64,000 nt of DNA from a virus: IMG/VR virus record IMGVR_UViG_3300044612_002737, positions 3,206 to 67,205 of that record, one strand, 5' to 3'. A program made the position numbers and the translations under genes. Positions within the stretch are counted from its first letter, which is position 1. Each line of letters opens with the position of its first letter. This document shows positions 45,466 through 53,423 of this stretch, piece by piece. Below the pieces are notes generated by a model. It searched no databases. It worked only from the letters and a program-made list of their open reading frames with translations, and was not told the origin of the DNA.

Positions 45466-46458
45466 ATGAGCGAAACGCAGCACCCGTCGGTGATGATCAC
45501 CGTGTACGGGAAACCCAAGAAGAAGAAGACCAGCGACGTGCTGGCCGCGTTCCCGACCGCGCTCTGCATCGGTGTGCCGAGCGCCATTGCGCTCGTCGCC
45601 GAGAACGAGCTGGGGTTCACCCCCGCCATCCACCCCGAGCCGCCGCAGACCCTGCCGGAGCTCGTGGGGCTCCTCGACTACCTGTCGCGCAGTGGGATGG
45701 CGAAGCAGTACGGCGCCGTGTTCATCGACGACGCGAGCCACATCTGCGACCGCAGCCTCGCCGTCTGGCACGAGGAAGCGCCGCTCGGCAAGAGCGGGAA
45801 GAAGGACAAGTTCTACGCCTACCAGCAGCTCAACAAGTACCTGCTGGCGATGTCGGGCCTCGCCCGCCACATGGGCGTGCACCTCATCTTCACGTTCCAC
45901 GAGCGCCCCCCGGGGACGGACAGCGACGGCTTCTTCCAGCCGGGCGGCCCGAGCCTGGGCTCGAGGAAGCAGACCGAGATCCTCCCGTCGTGGTGCGACA
46001 TCAACGTGCGCGCGATGGTCGACCCGACTTACCCGGACCCCTGGTTTCCGGGCACCTACTTCTGCGACCCCACGAACCCCGAGTGGGTGACGGGCGACCG
46101 GACGGGCGTGTGCTGGGCGAAGACCCCGGGCAACCTGCGCGAGATCCTGCGTGCGTCGGCGGGCGGCTACGTCCCGGCTCGCGTGCCCGGGCTCGAGTGG
46201 CAGGACGACGTGGCCGAAGAGCTGGCTCAGAAGATTTTTGAGACCGGCGATGTGCGCGGTAGCATCGAGAAGATCGCGGCCACGCACCCCCGCTTCAGCG
46301 ACGGGACTTCGCAGATTCATCTCCGTTGGGCTTGCCAAGACGGTATTGCCCGGGCTACCTTCATGAAGCGCAAGGCGAGGAACCTCTTCGACCTCGCGCC
46401 CAAGGAAGAGGCCAAGAAGGGTGGAGGCGTGCCAGTGCCGCCCCCTTCCGCAACCTGA
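45466..46458 (+). CDS. Sak4-like / AAA_24 ATPase
   Basis: VYGKPKKKKT Walker A, VFIDDAS Walker B; between exonuclease and SSB. Confidence 0.75.
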   Translation: MSETQHPSVMITVYGKPKKKKTSDVLAAFPTALCIGVPSAIALVAENELGFTPAIHPEPPQTLPELVGLLDYLSRSGMAKQYGAVFIDDASHICDRSLAVWHEEAPLGKSGKKDKFYAYQQLNKYLLAMSGLARHMGVHLIFTFHERPPGTDSDGFFQPGGPSLGSRKQTEILPSWCDINVRAMVDPTYPDPWFPGTYFCDPTNPEWVTGDRTGVCWAKTPGNLREILRASAGGYVPARVPGLEWQDDVAEELAQKIFETGDVRGSIEKIAATHPRFSDGTSQIHLRWACQDGIARATFMKRKARNLFDLAPKEEAKKGGGVPVPPPSAT

Positions 46459-46504
46459 TCCTCTGGCATCATCAACGTCAAGACCACCGTCAGTGAGGTA
46501 CAGC

Positions 46505-47107
46505 ATGTCCTTCAGCATCAACGGCGCCAGCTTCAAGGGCGTCTCCACCCTCGGTTCTTCCCAGCCCGAGGCCGGCTACTACGAGGTCTCCGGCCTCCAG
46601 ATCGAGCAGAAGGCCGGCGACAAGGCGGACGCCCGTCGCTTCCACGTCGAGTTCCCGAACGGCTTCAAGATGTTCGAGTTCCTCCACCTCCCGGTCGAGG
46701 GCCTCGAGAAGAAGTCCTTCAACGGCCGCCTCGCCGCCATGAAGACCATCCTCTCGAGCTTCGGCTTCACGGCCGAGGAGATCGAGAACAACGAGATCTC
46801 CGACGCGTGGTTCGTGTCCGAGAGCAACGGCGGCCGCAAGGCGTTCGTCGAGTTCGTGCCCGGCCAGCAGGGCGTGCAGGGCTCCTACGCCCGCATCAAC
46901 AAGTTCCTCACGAAGGAGCAGTACGAGAAGGCGGTTGCCTCGGGCTCCAAGCCCGTGTCCCGTGACGCCGGCACCCGTCCGTCCGTCCCGGGCGCCATCC
47001 CCGCGGCTCCCTCCGCCGCGGCCGGCACGCCGGTCAGCACCGTGGCCCCGGCTCCCGCCGGCGGTCTGCGCCTGCCGCCGCCCCCCGCGGTCGGCGTCGT
47101 TCGCTGA
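46505..47107 (+). CDS. putative ssDNA-binding protein (DUF669-like)
   Basis: PEAGYYEV OB-type start, Pro/Ala tail, strong codon bias, synteny. Confidence 0.65.
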   Translation: MSFSINGASFKGVSTLGSSQPEAGYYEVSGLQIEQKAGDKADARRFHVEFPNGFKMFEFLHLPVEGLEKKSFNGRLAAMKTILSSFGFTAEEIENNEISDAWFVSESNGGRKAFVEFVPGQQGVQGSYARINKFLTKEQYEKAVASGSKPVSRDAGTRPSVPGAIPAAPSAAAGTPVSTVAPAPAGGLRLPPPPAVGVVR

Positions 47108-47179
47108 TCAGCCCCTGACGAGGGGATCGTAGACCCAGCCCCCGGCAACGGGTTCAGTGCTGGCGAGAACGTAAGCTCG

Positions 47180-47210
47180 GCCCCGCCCTCGTGGCGGGGC
47201 GTCTTCGTTT
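47180..47210 (+). terminator. intrinsic terminator
   Basis: GCCCCGCC/GGCGGGGC stem then GTCTTCGTTT. Confidence 0.6.
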
Positions 47211-47239
47211 GTGGTAACGTCGACCGTCTGGAGGTCGAC

Positions 47240-47683
47240 GTGGCGGAGGACTACTACTCGCAGATGGCGGAGATGAAGCGCGGCGCCCGTGAGGCAGACG
47301 CGAGCGCCGCGAAGGCGGGCGAGTCCTGCCCCATCGCCACGCAGGACATCAAGACCAACCTCAAGAATCGGCAGAAGGCCATCGACAACGCGATGTACGG
47401 GCCGCCGAACCCGGGAGAGCCGAACGACGAGTTCTGGCAGAAGCTCGCGGACACCTGGGGCACGAGCCTCGAGCAGGCGCGGACGATGCTGTGCGGCAAC
47501 TGCGCGGTGTTCGTCGTGACGCCCGCGATGAAGGAGTGCATCCGGGTCGGGCTCAGCCAGGGCGAGGCGGACGGCTACGACGCCGAGGTGCAGACCGAGC
47601 TCGGCTACTGCAAGATGTTCGACTTCAAGTGCGCCGCGAGCCGAACCTGCCGCGCATGGGTCGCAGGCGGCCCGATTCAGTGA
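47240..47683 (+). CDS. Cys-rich uncharacterised phage protein, possibly metal or Fe-S binding
   Basis: CPIATQD..YGPPNP..CGNC..GYC..FKC..RTCRAW; GGAGG RBS, GTG start. Confidence 0.75.
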   Translation: MAEDYYSQMAEMKRGAREADASAAKAGESCPIATQDIKTNLKNRQKAIDNAMYGPPNPGEPNDEFWQKLADTWGTSLEQARTMLCGNCAVFVVTPAMKECIRVGLSQGEADGYDAEVQTELGYCKMFDFKCAASRTCRAWVAGGPIQ

Positions 47684-47709
47684 TACCATCGGCAGGACAG
47701 AGGCACACG

Positions 47710-48141
47710 ATGCTGCTCTCCACGCTGCTGAACCTGTGGGCCGACCTTCGGGCCGCGCACCACCTCTACTGGACCCTGCACTGGCAGGCCCGTGGTCCGT
47801 CGTTCTACGGCGACCACAGCCTGTTCGCGGGCCTGTACCAGGAGAAGGCGGGGCAGATCGACGCGCTCGCGGAGATCATCGCGGCGCACTACGGCAGCGA
47901 CAAGCTCGACCCCGTGAAGGCGTGGGCCGCTGCGGCGCCGAAGGTCGAGCAGCTCACCGCGGGCCAGAGCGCGGTCGCCATCGCCGAGTACGTCATCCAG
48001 TGCTGCGAGAGCACCAACGAGCTCATCCTCGAGAGCGGCGAGTGCCCCTACCCGGCGGGCCTCAGCAACTTCGTGAGCGACCTGTCCACGAAGAACATCA
48101 AGGACCTGTACATGCTGAAGCAGCGCTTCGGCTCGAAGTAG
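47710..48141 (+). CDS. Dps/ferritin-like protein
   Basis: LHWQARGPSFYGDHSLFAGLY..QIDALAE ferroxidase signature. Confidence 0.8.
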   Translation: MLLSTLLNLWADLRAAHHLYWTLHWQARGPSFYGDHSLFAGLYQEKAGQIDALAEIIAAHYGSDKLDPVKAWAAAAPKVEQLTAGQSAVAIAEYVIQCCESTNELILESGECPYPAGLSNFVSDLSTKNIKDLYMLKQRFGSK

Positions 48142-48180
48142 TCTCTTGCCATGACGCTCCGGTAAGGATACCGGGGCTCC

Positions 48181-48618
48181 ATGAACACCGACCTCATGTT
48201 CTCCTCGGCCACGGACCAGTGGGCGACGCCTCAGGCGTTCTTCGACCAGTGGAACGAGATCTTCCGGTTCACGCTTGACGTGTGCGCGGACGCCGACAAC
48301 GCGAAGTGCGCTCGGTACTTCACGCGCGAAGACAACGGGCTGGCGCAAGACTGGGGCCAGGACGTGTGCTGGATGAACCCACCCTACGGCCGAGAGATCG
48401 GGCGCTGGGTGGCGAAGGCGTATCGGGAGAGCCGGGCCGGCGCGACCGTCGTCTGCCTGCTTCCTGCGCGCACGGACACGGCGTGGTGGCACGACTACAT
48501 CATCCCGATGGCGAAGGTGACGTTCATCCGCGGTCGGCTGAAGTTCGGGGACGCCACGAGCGGTGCGCCGTTCCCGTCTGCGGTCGCCGTCTTCTACCCA
48601 CCGAAGGTGGTCCCGTGA
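48181..48618 (+). CDS. dam: phage N6-adenine DNA methyltransferase
   Basis: DQWATPQ, LDVCA, WMNPPYG, LLPARTDTAWW. Confidence 0.9.
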   Translation: MNTDLMFSSATDQWATPQAFFDQWNEIFRFTLDVCADADNAKCARYFTREDNGLAQDWGQDVCWMNPPYGREIGRWVAKAYRESRAGATVVCLLPARTDTAWWHDYIIPMAKVTFIRGRLKFGDATSGAPFPSAVAVFYPPKVVP

Positions 48619-51449
48619 GCTACGACCCACGAACCTGCGGCGCCCGTTGCAACGAGTGCCCGCTGGGGCCGAACGGCACGTTCCGTTCAGGCCACTGGCA
48701 GCCTGTTGCACCTGAGTTGCATGACGGCGCGACGGTCATCGCCGTCGCCGAGATGCCGAGCCACGACGAGGTCGGCTTCGGCCGTCCTCTGTCCGGGCGC
48801 AGCGGGGGCGAGTGGAACCTCGCGCTGCTCGCCGCCGGGAAGAAGCGCTCCGACGTCGACCTGACGCACGTCGTCGCGTGCTCGGCCGGCACGGACAAGA
48901 ACGCGTGGGAGAAGCTGACCAAGGCTCTCGACAAGGAGAACCGTCGGCGTCTCGCACAAGCGCAACCCCTCATCCCCGATCCTATCTCGTGCTGCCGACC
49001 CAGGCTCCTCGAAGAGACAAGTCGTTACGAGAACATCATCACGCTGGGCCGTGCCGCGGCCAACGCCCTGACGGCGAAAGCGCAGTCGGTGTTCGCGCTG
49101 CGCGGTGGTCCGGTGTGGGTGGACGAGCACTATCAGGCCCTCATGCAGACGCCGCTGGCGGGCGAGCAGAAGCCCGACGGAGCGGTACGCAAGGTGTTCC
49201 CCACCCTGCACCCCGGCTTCGTCCAGAAGAGCCCAGGCTGGCGTGCCACGATGGTGGCGGACCTCTCGAAGGCGCTGCGCTGGTTCGCGGGTCAGCTCCG
49301 GTGGACCGAGCCGGTGCGCTACTTCAACCCGACGCCAGACGAGCTGCGCCGCTTCCTCTCGAACATCAGCGCGCCGTTCTGGGCCTACGACCTCGAGACG
49401 GACGGCATCGAGGCGCTGACGTGTCAGGTGCGGTCCATCGCCATCGCACACCCCGACCTCAACTACGAGGGGCGGGCACTGCGCGAGGGCCAGATCGAGG
49501 CGCTGCGCTGCGGTGTGGTGGGGCTCAACATCCTGTCGGGCGACGGGTTCACGCGCTTCTACTCGGCCGAGGACGAGGCCGAGATCCACGACATCCTGCG
49601 CGAGTTCTTCCTCGACCCGACGAAGGTCAAGGTGGGGCACAACGCCGGCTACTACGACCGGCAGGTCGTCGAGCAGTGGCTCGGCGTGACGCCGAAGCCC
49701 ATCATCGACACGCTGTTCGCGGCGCGCTTCCGGGCGCCTGACCTGCCCAAGGGACTGAAGACGGTGGGCTCGGTGCTCACCGACGTGGACCGCTGGGAGA
49801 CCACGGAGAAGGGCGAGAGCCTCGCGCACGGCAAGGTCGACGACTGGGACCGCCTCGCCTACAACTGCACCGACAGCAGCGTGAACGCGCGCATCGTCGT
49901 GCCGCTGCTCGACGCCGCGGAAGAGGCCGGCGCGTTCCGCGACCTGAACGAGGAGCTCCGGCCGCCGGGCTGGGAGAGCCGGCGCTGGGACCTGCACGAG
50001 GTCGACCATGCCACGCAGGAGATGTGCGTGAGCCTCCACAAGATCGGCGTCTACGTCGACCAGGAGGCGCGCTTCAAGATGGAGATCGAGACGCGGGCCA
50101 GCGTCGAGAAGCGTGAGAAGAACCTCACGACGCTCGCGCAGGCAGTCGGTGTCGCGCGGCTCGACATGAAGAGCGCGGGCGCCAGCGACGACGCGGACGT
50201 CGAGGGCATCCGGCCCGGCAGCGCTGACCAGATCCGCGACCTGCTCTACGAGAACTGGAAGCTGGGCATCCCACCGAACATGGAGGCGCGCGACTTCTAC
50301 ACCGAGTCCGGCATGCCGGGCACCGGCGACAAGGTGCTGCGCGGCCATCTCGCGGGCGGCCGGCTGACGAAGCCGCAGGAAGACTTCATCCGCGAGCTGC
50401 GCCTGTACCGGCGCGAGAAGAACAAGATCCTCGGCACCGTGCTCCTGCCGCTGAACCTCACGGCGCACGACCCGAAGAAGGGGATCATCTGGCACCACGA
50501 CGGGCGCGTGCGCTCGACGTGGAACGCCCACGTCACGGCGCCTGGGCGGCTCTCGAGCAGCGGGCCCAACCTCCAGAACATCGGCAGCCGGAAGGGGCAG
50601 GGCAAGCTCAAGACCCTGTTCGCGGCGCAGCCCGGCCACCTTCTCGTCGGCGCGGACCTCGACCAAGCGCACCTCCGCATCACGGCGAGCTACTGGAAGA
50701 TCCCGCTCCTGCTCGAGTGCTTCAGCGAGGGGAAGGACCCGCACAACACGCTGGCGTACCAGGTCTTCGGGGACAAGTTCAAGGCGGCGGACGGCTGGGG
50801 ACCCGAGGGCTACAGCCTCTACCGCAAGCCGCCGGGCGGCATGGCGAAGGCGATGCGCGACGTCATGAAGACGTTCCGCTACGCCTCGATCTACTGGGCC
50901 GACCCGATGACGGTCTGGCAGGTGCTGACCTCGACCGAGGCCGACAACGGCGAGATGCCGTACCTGCACATGACCTCGAAGGAGGTCCGCCACTTCCACG
51001 AGACGTGGCTCAAGACCGAGCCCGAGTGGATGCAGGCGTGGGACGCGATGCTCTCCATCTACCGCCACCAGGGCTACATGGAGGAGCCGGTCTTCGGTCG
51101 GCGCTCCGGCAACCTCACGGACGGGAAGAAGAACGAGGTGGTCAACTTCCCCATCCTCGCCGCGGAGACGAGCATCATGCGCGTCGCCGAGCAGCACATC
51201 ATCCACGCCTTCCCGTGGGACCTCGACCGCCGGCTCGGCCTCATCCACCAGTGCCACGACTCCGTCGCCATCGAGGTCGAGGCGCCGCCGGGCCTCGAGA
51301 AGTGGAAGCCGACGAAGGGCGAGCCGCTGCCGCCGGAGCTCGAGCGGATGCGCAAGACCCTCGAGGAGTGCATGACCGTGAGGGTTCCCGGCTGGGAAGT
51401 GCCGTGCACCGCCGAGGCATCCGTCGGCAGAAACCTCAAAGAGGCTTGA
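48615..51449 (+). CDS. family A DNA polymerase with N-terminal family-4 UDG-like domain and 3'-5' exonuclease
   Basis: C..CPL, AEMPSHDE, GRPLSGRSG, TLHPG; YDLETDG, HNAGYYD; GRLSSSGPNLQNI, DLDQAHLR, K...Y...Y, HDS. Confidence 0.92.
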   Translation: MSYDPRTCGARCNECPLGPNGTFRSGHWQPVAPELHDGATVIAVAEMPSHDEVGFGRPLSGRSGGEWNLALLAAGKKRSDVDLTHVVACSAGTDKNAWEKLTKALDKENRRRLAQAQPLIPDPISCCRPRLLEETSRYENIITLGRAAANALTAKAQSVFALRGGPVWVDEHYQALMQTPLAGEQKPDGAVRKVFPTLHPGFVQKSPGWRATMVADLSKALRWFAGQLRWTEPVRYFNPTPDELRRFLSNISAPFWAYDLETDGIEALTCQVRSIAIAHPDLNYEGRALREGQIEALRCGVVGLNILSGDGFTRFYSAEDEAEIHDILREFFLDPTKVKVGHNAGYYDRQVVEQWLGVTPKPIIDTLFAARFRAPDLPKGLKTVGSVLTDVDRWETTEKGESLAHGKVDDWDRLAYNCTDSSVNARIVVPLLDAAEEAGAFRDLNEELRPPGWESRRWDLHEVDHATQEMCVSLHKIGVYVDQEARFKMEIETRASVEKREKNLTTLAQAVGVARLDMKSAGASDDADVEGIRPGSADQIRDLLYENWKLGIPPNMEARDFYTESGMPGTGDKVLRGHLAGGRLTKPQEDFIRELRLYRREKNKILGTVLLPLNLTAHDPKKGIIWHHDGRVRSTWNAHVTAPGRLSSSGPNLQNIGSRKGQGKLKTLFAAQPGHLLVGADLDQAHLRITASYWKIPLLLECFSEGKDPHNTLAYQVFGDKFKAADGWGPEGYSLYRKPPGGMAKAMRDVMKTFRYASIYWADPMTVWQVLTSTEADNGEMPYLHMTSKEVRHFHETWLKTEPEWMQAWDAMLSIYRHQGYMEEPVFGRRSGNLTDGKKNEVVNFPILAAETSIMRVAEQHIIHAFPWDLDRRLGLIHQCHDSVAIEVEAPPGLEKWKPTKGEPLPPELERMRKTLEECMTVRVPGWEVPCTAEASVGRNLKEA

Positions 51450-51474
51450 CGCTCCGGTAAGGTATTGATAGAGT
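51446..51474 (+). promoter_or_regulatory. promoter TTGACG-N17-TAGAGT containing the TGACGCTCCGGTAAGG box
   Basis: 17-bp spacer, TG extension; box identical to 48152-48167. Confidence 0.65.
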
Positions 51475-51497
51475 GGGTTCACCACCAAGGAGAACCC

Positions 51498-51578
51498 ATG
51501 AACGAAGTGCTGGACATCACGATGTGGCTACTCGACCGGCTCGCGGACCTCGCGCGCTGGTTTGGGCGGTGGCCGTGA
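51498..51578 (+). CDS. 26-aa peptide MNEVLDITMWLLDRLADLARWFGRWP
   Basis: AAGGAG RBS; GTGA coupling to the next gene. Confidence 0.5.
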   Translation: MNEVLDITMWLLDRLADLARWFGRWP

Positions 51579-51802
51579 CGCTGGAGGAGCGCAACGAGGC
51601 GCTGGTCGAACAGGTCGCCGAGATGGCCCTGACGACCCGCGCCTTGAAGAAGTCGCTGGCGTTCAAGGAGCACATCATCGCGTCGCTCAAGCTCGACCGC
51701 ACGCACGAGGAGGCCGCCGTCGTGGCGTTCCTCCGTGGCGCCCGGCTCGACGAGCTGGCCGAAGCCATCCTGCGCGGCGAGCACCGTAGGGAGGAGCCAT
51801 GA
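51575..51802 (+). CDS. shared-C-terminus array gene 1
   Basis: Ends EEAAVVAFLR..AILRGEHRREEP. Confidence 0.7.
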   Translation: MTLEERNEALVEQVAEMALTTRALKKSLAFKEHIIASLKLDRTHEEAAVVAFLRGARLDELAEAILRGEHRREEP

Positions 51803-52092
51803 TCATCGACCTCGACGCCCTCGAGGCAGCCGTCGCCGAGGGTGAGAAGAAGAACTTCTTCGTGGCACCCATCGTGAAGGAGCTGATCGCGGAGCTGCGC
51901 GAGCGGCGAGCACAGGTGGACGGCTACCGGATGATGATCGACGGCCTGGAGAACGCAGCCCACGAGGAGCGCGCCGCCGTGGTGGCGTGGCTTCGCTCGA
52001 CGGCGACGGAACGCTTGTGGAGGCAGGAGCCAATGGACGCAGCGGCAAACGCCATCGAGCGCGGCGAGCACCGCCGCGAGGGGGAGCCGTGA
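51799..52092 (+). CDS. shared-C-terminus array gene 2 (Ea22-like N-terminus)
   Basis: MIIDLDAL..; ends ERAAVVAWLR..AIERGEHRREGEP. Confidence 0.75.
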   Translation: MIIDLDALEAAVAEGEKKNFFVAPIVKELIAELRERRAQVDGYRMMIDGLENAAHEERAAVVAWLRSTATERLWRQEPMDAAANAIERGEHRREGEP

Positions 52093-52313
52093 GCGACACT
52101 GGCTTCGGAGGGGAGGGCCTCGACTACGCGCACCAGCAGGGGCGGCTCAACGAGCGCGACGCCATCGTGCGCTGGCTCCGCGCGCCGTGCGACTCGCCGG
52201 GACATGACGAACGCTTCTGCGCGACGTGCAACGTGCGCGGCCACATCGCAGACGACATCGAACAGGGCGCACACCGGAAGCGGAAGCGGCGCCGTAAGCA
52301 GGAGGGACCGTGA
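52089..52313 (+). CDS. shared-C-terminus array gene 3 (Cys/His insert)
   Basis: ERDAIVRWLR-C..H..C..C-IADDIEQGAHR. Confidence 0.7.
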   Translation: MSDTGFGGEGLDYAHQQGRLNERDAIVRWLRAPCDSPGHDERFCATCNVRGHIADDIEQGAHRKRKRRRKQEGP

Positions 52314-52804
52314 TCGACCTCGACGCCTTGAAGGCGCGTCTCCGAGAGTACGACGACGCCCTGCCCCGGTGCCCGCAGAAGGTGGCGCGGACGGTGAACC
52401 ACGCCCCAGACTTCGTTGCGAAGGACGACCCGACCCGCAACGACTGGAACGTGACGACGTATGACCCTTGTTGCCGTCCGGAGGGGCACGAGGGCGAGTG
52501 CCGCAACAGCCGCCTCATCCTCGGCTGGCCGGGGTTCGTGACCGTCTCCGCTCTGATCGTGGAGGTGGAGAGGTTGCGCGCCGAGCGCGATCACTTCCGC
52601 GAGGCGTGGGCAGCGGTACAGGTTCGGCTCGACTGCGGCGTGGACGCCACGGAGGCGGTGCGGGAGGACCGCGACGCCGTCGCCGCCGAGCGCGCCGCCG
52701 TGGTGGCGTGGCTGCGCGTCGAGCCGTGGTCTCGGATGCTCACGGTCGAAGAGGCTGCGGCGTGCATCGAACGCGGCGAGCACCGCCGCGAGGAGACGCC
52801 ATGA
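52310..52804 (+). CDS. shared-C-terminus array gene 4 (Ea22-like)
   Basis: MIDLDAL..VSALIVEVERLR; ends ERAAVVAWLR..CIERGEHRREETP. Confidence 0.75.
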   Translation: MIDLDALKARLREYDDALPRCPQKVARTVNHAPDFVAKDDPTRNDWNVTTYDPCCRPEGHEGECRNSRLILGWPGFVTVSALIVEVERLRAERDHFREAWAAVQVRLDCGVDATEAVREDRDAVAAERAAVVAWLRVEPWSRMLTVEEAAACIERGEHRREETP

Positions 52805-52998
52805 TCCGGCGACTGTTCAAGCGAGGCGACCGCGTGTCGCTCGGCGACGACCGCACGGGCACCGTGCTCGACGAGGTCACGCACGACTGGCTCGGCGATC
52901 CGTTCCAGATCCTCGACATCCAGCTCGACGGCGTCGAGGGCATGTCGATCCGCATCTCTGACACCCGCGTCGCGTTCCTCGAGGAGACACCCGAATGA
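52801..52998 (+). CDS. small KOW/SH3-like protein (65 aa)
   Basis: FKRGDRVSL..RTGTVL; ATGA coupling. Confidence 0.65.
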   Translation: MIRRLFKRGDRVSLGDDRTGTVLDEVTHDWLGDPFQILDIQLDGVEGMSIRISDTRVAFLEETPE

Positions 52999-53423
52999 GC
53001 AGCATCTTTCTGGCCCACAGCAAGCAGACCCCCGACGAGACCATCAACGACTGGGTCACGCAGACCTCCGCTGCTTGGGGACACGGCGTCACCGCGGGCC
53101 GCGACGACTACATGGCCCGCAGCCGCGCCATCGGCGGCTGGAACGCCTGGGTCAAGGACGTGCCCATCGCCGAGGACTGGGGCGGTGAGCCGCTCTTCAT
53201 CGGCATCGTCGTGCCGCTCGAGGACCTCAAGAGGCCCATCGTCGGGAGGGCCACGCAGGTCCTCGTCGAGGGGTTCCTCGCCGCGGGCAAGCCCGTGTGG
53301 GCGTTCTGCCCCGAGACCGGCGAGACGCGCACCGTGCAGACCATCATGAACACCGAGCTGGACAGTTGGACCGACGCTGGCTGGCTCGTCTACCACAAGG
53401 TCGGCGAACAGGAGACACCATGA
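52995..53423 (+). CDS. nucleoside 2-deoxyribosyltransferase-like / TIR-like fold protein
   Basis: IFLAHS start and VGRAT..VEGFLAAGKPVWAF. Confidence 0.55.
   Translation: MSSIFLAHSKQTPDETINDWVTQTSAAWGHGVTAGRDDYMARSRAIGGWNAWVKDVPIAEDWGGEPLFIGIVVPLEDLKRPIVGRATQVLVEGFLAAGKPVWAFCPETGETRTVQTIMNTELDSWTDAGWLVYHKVGEQETP

Noticed and set aside
47108-47180. tRNA
   Set aside because: No T-loop TTCRA, acceptor stem or anticodon arm geometry
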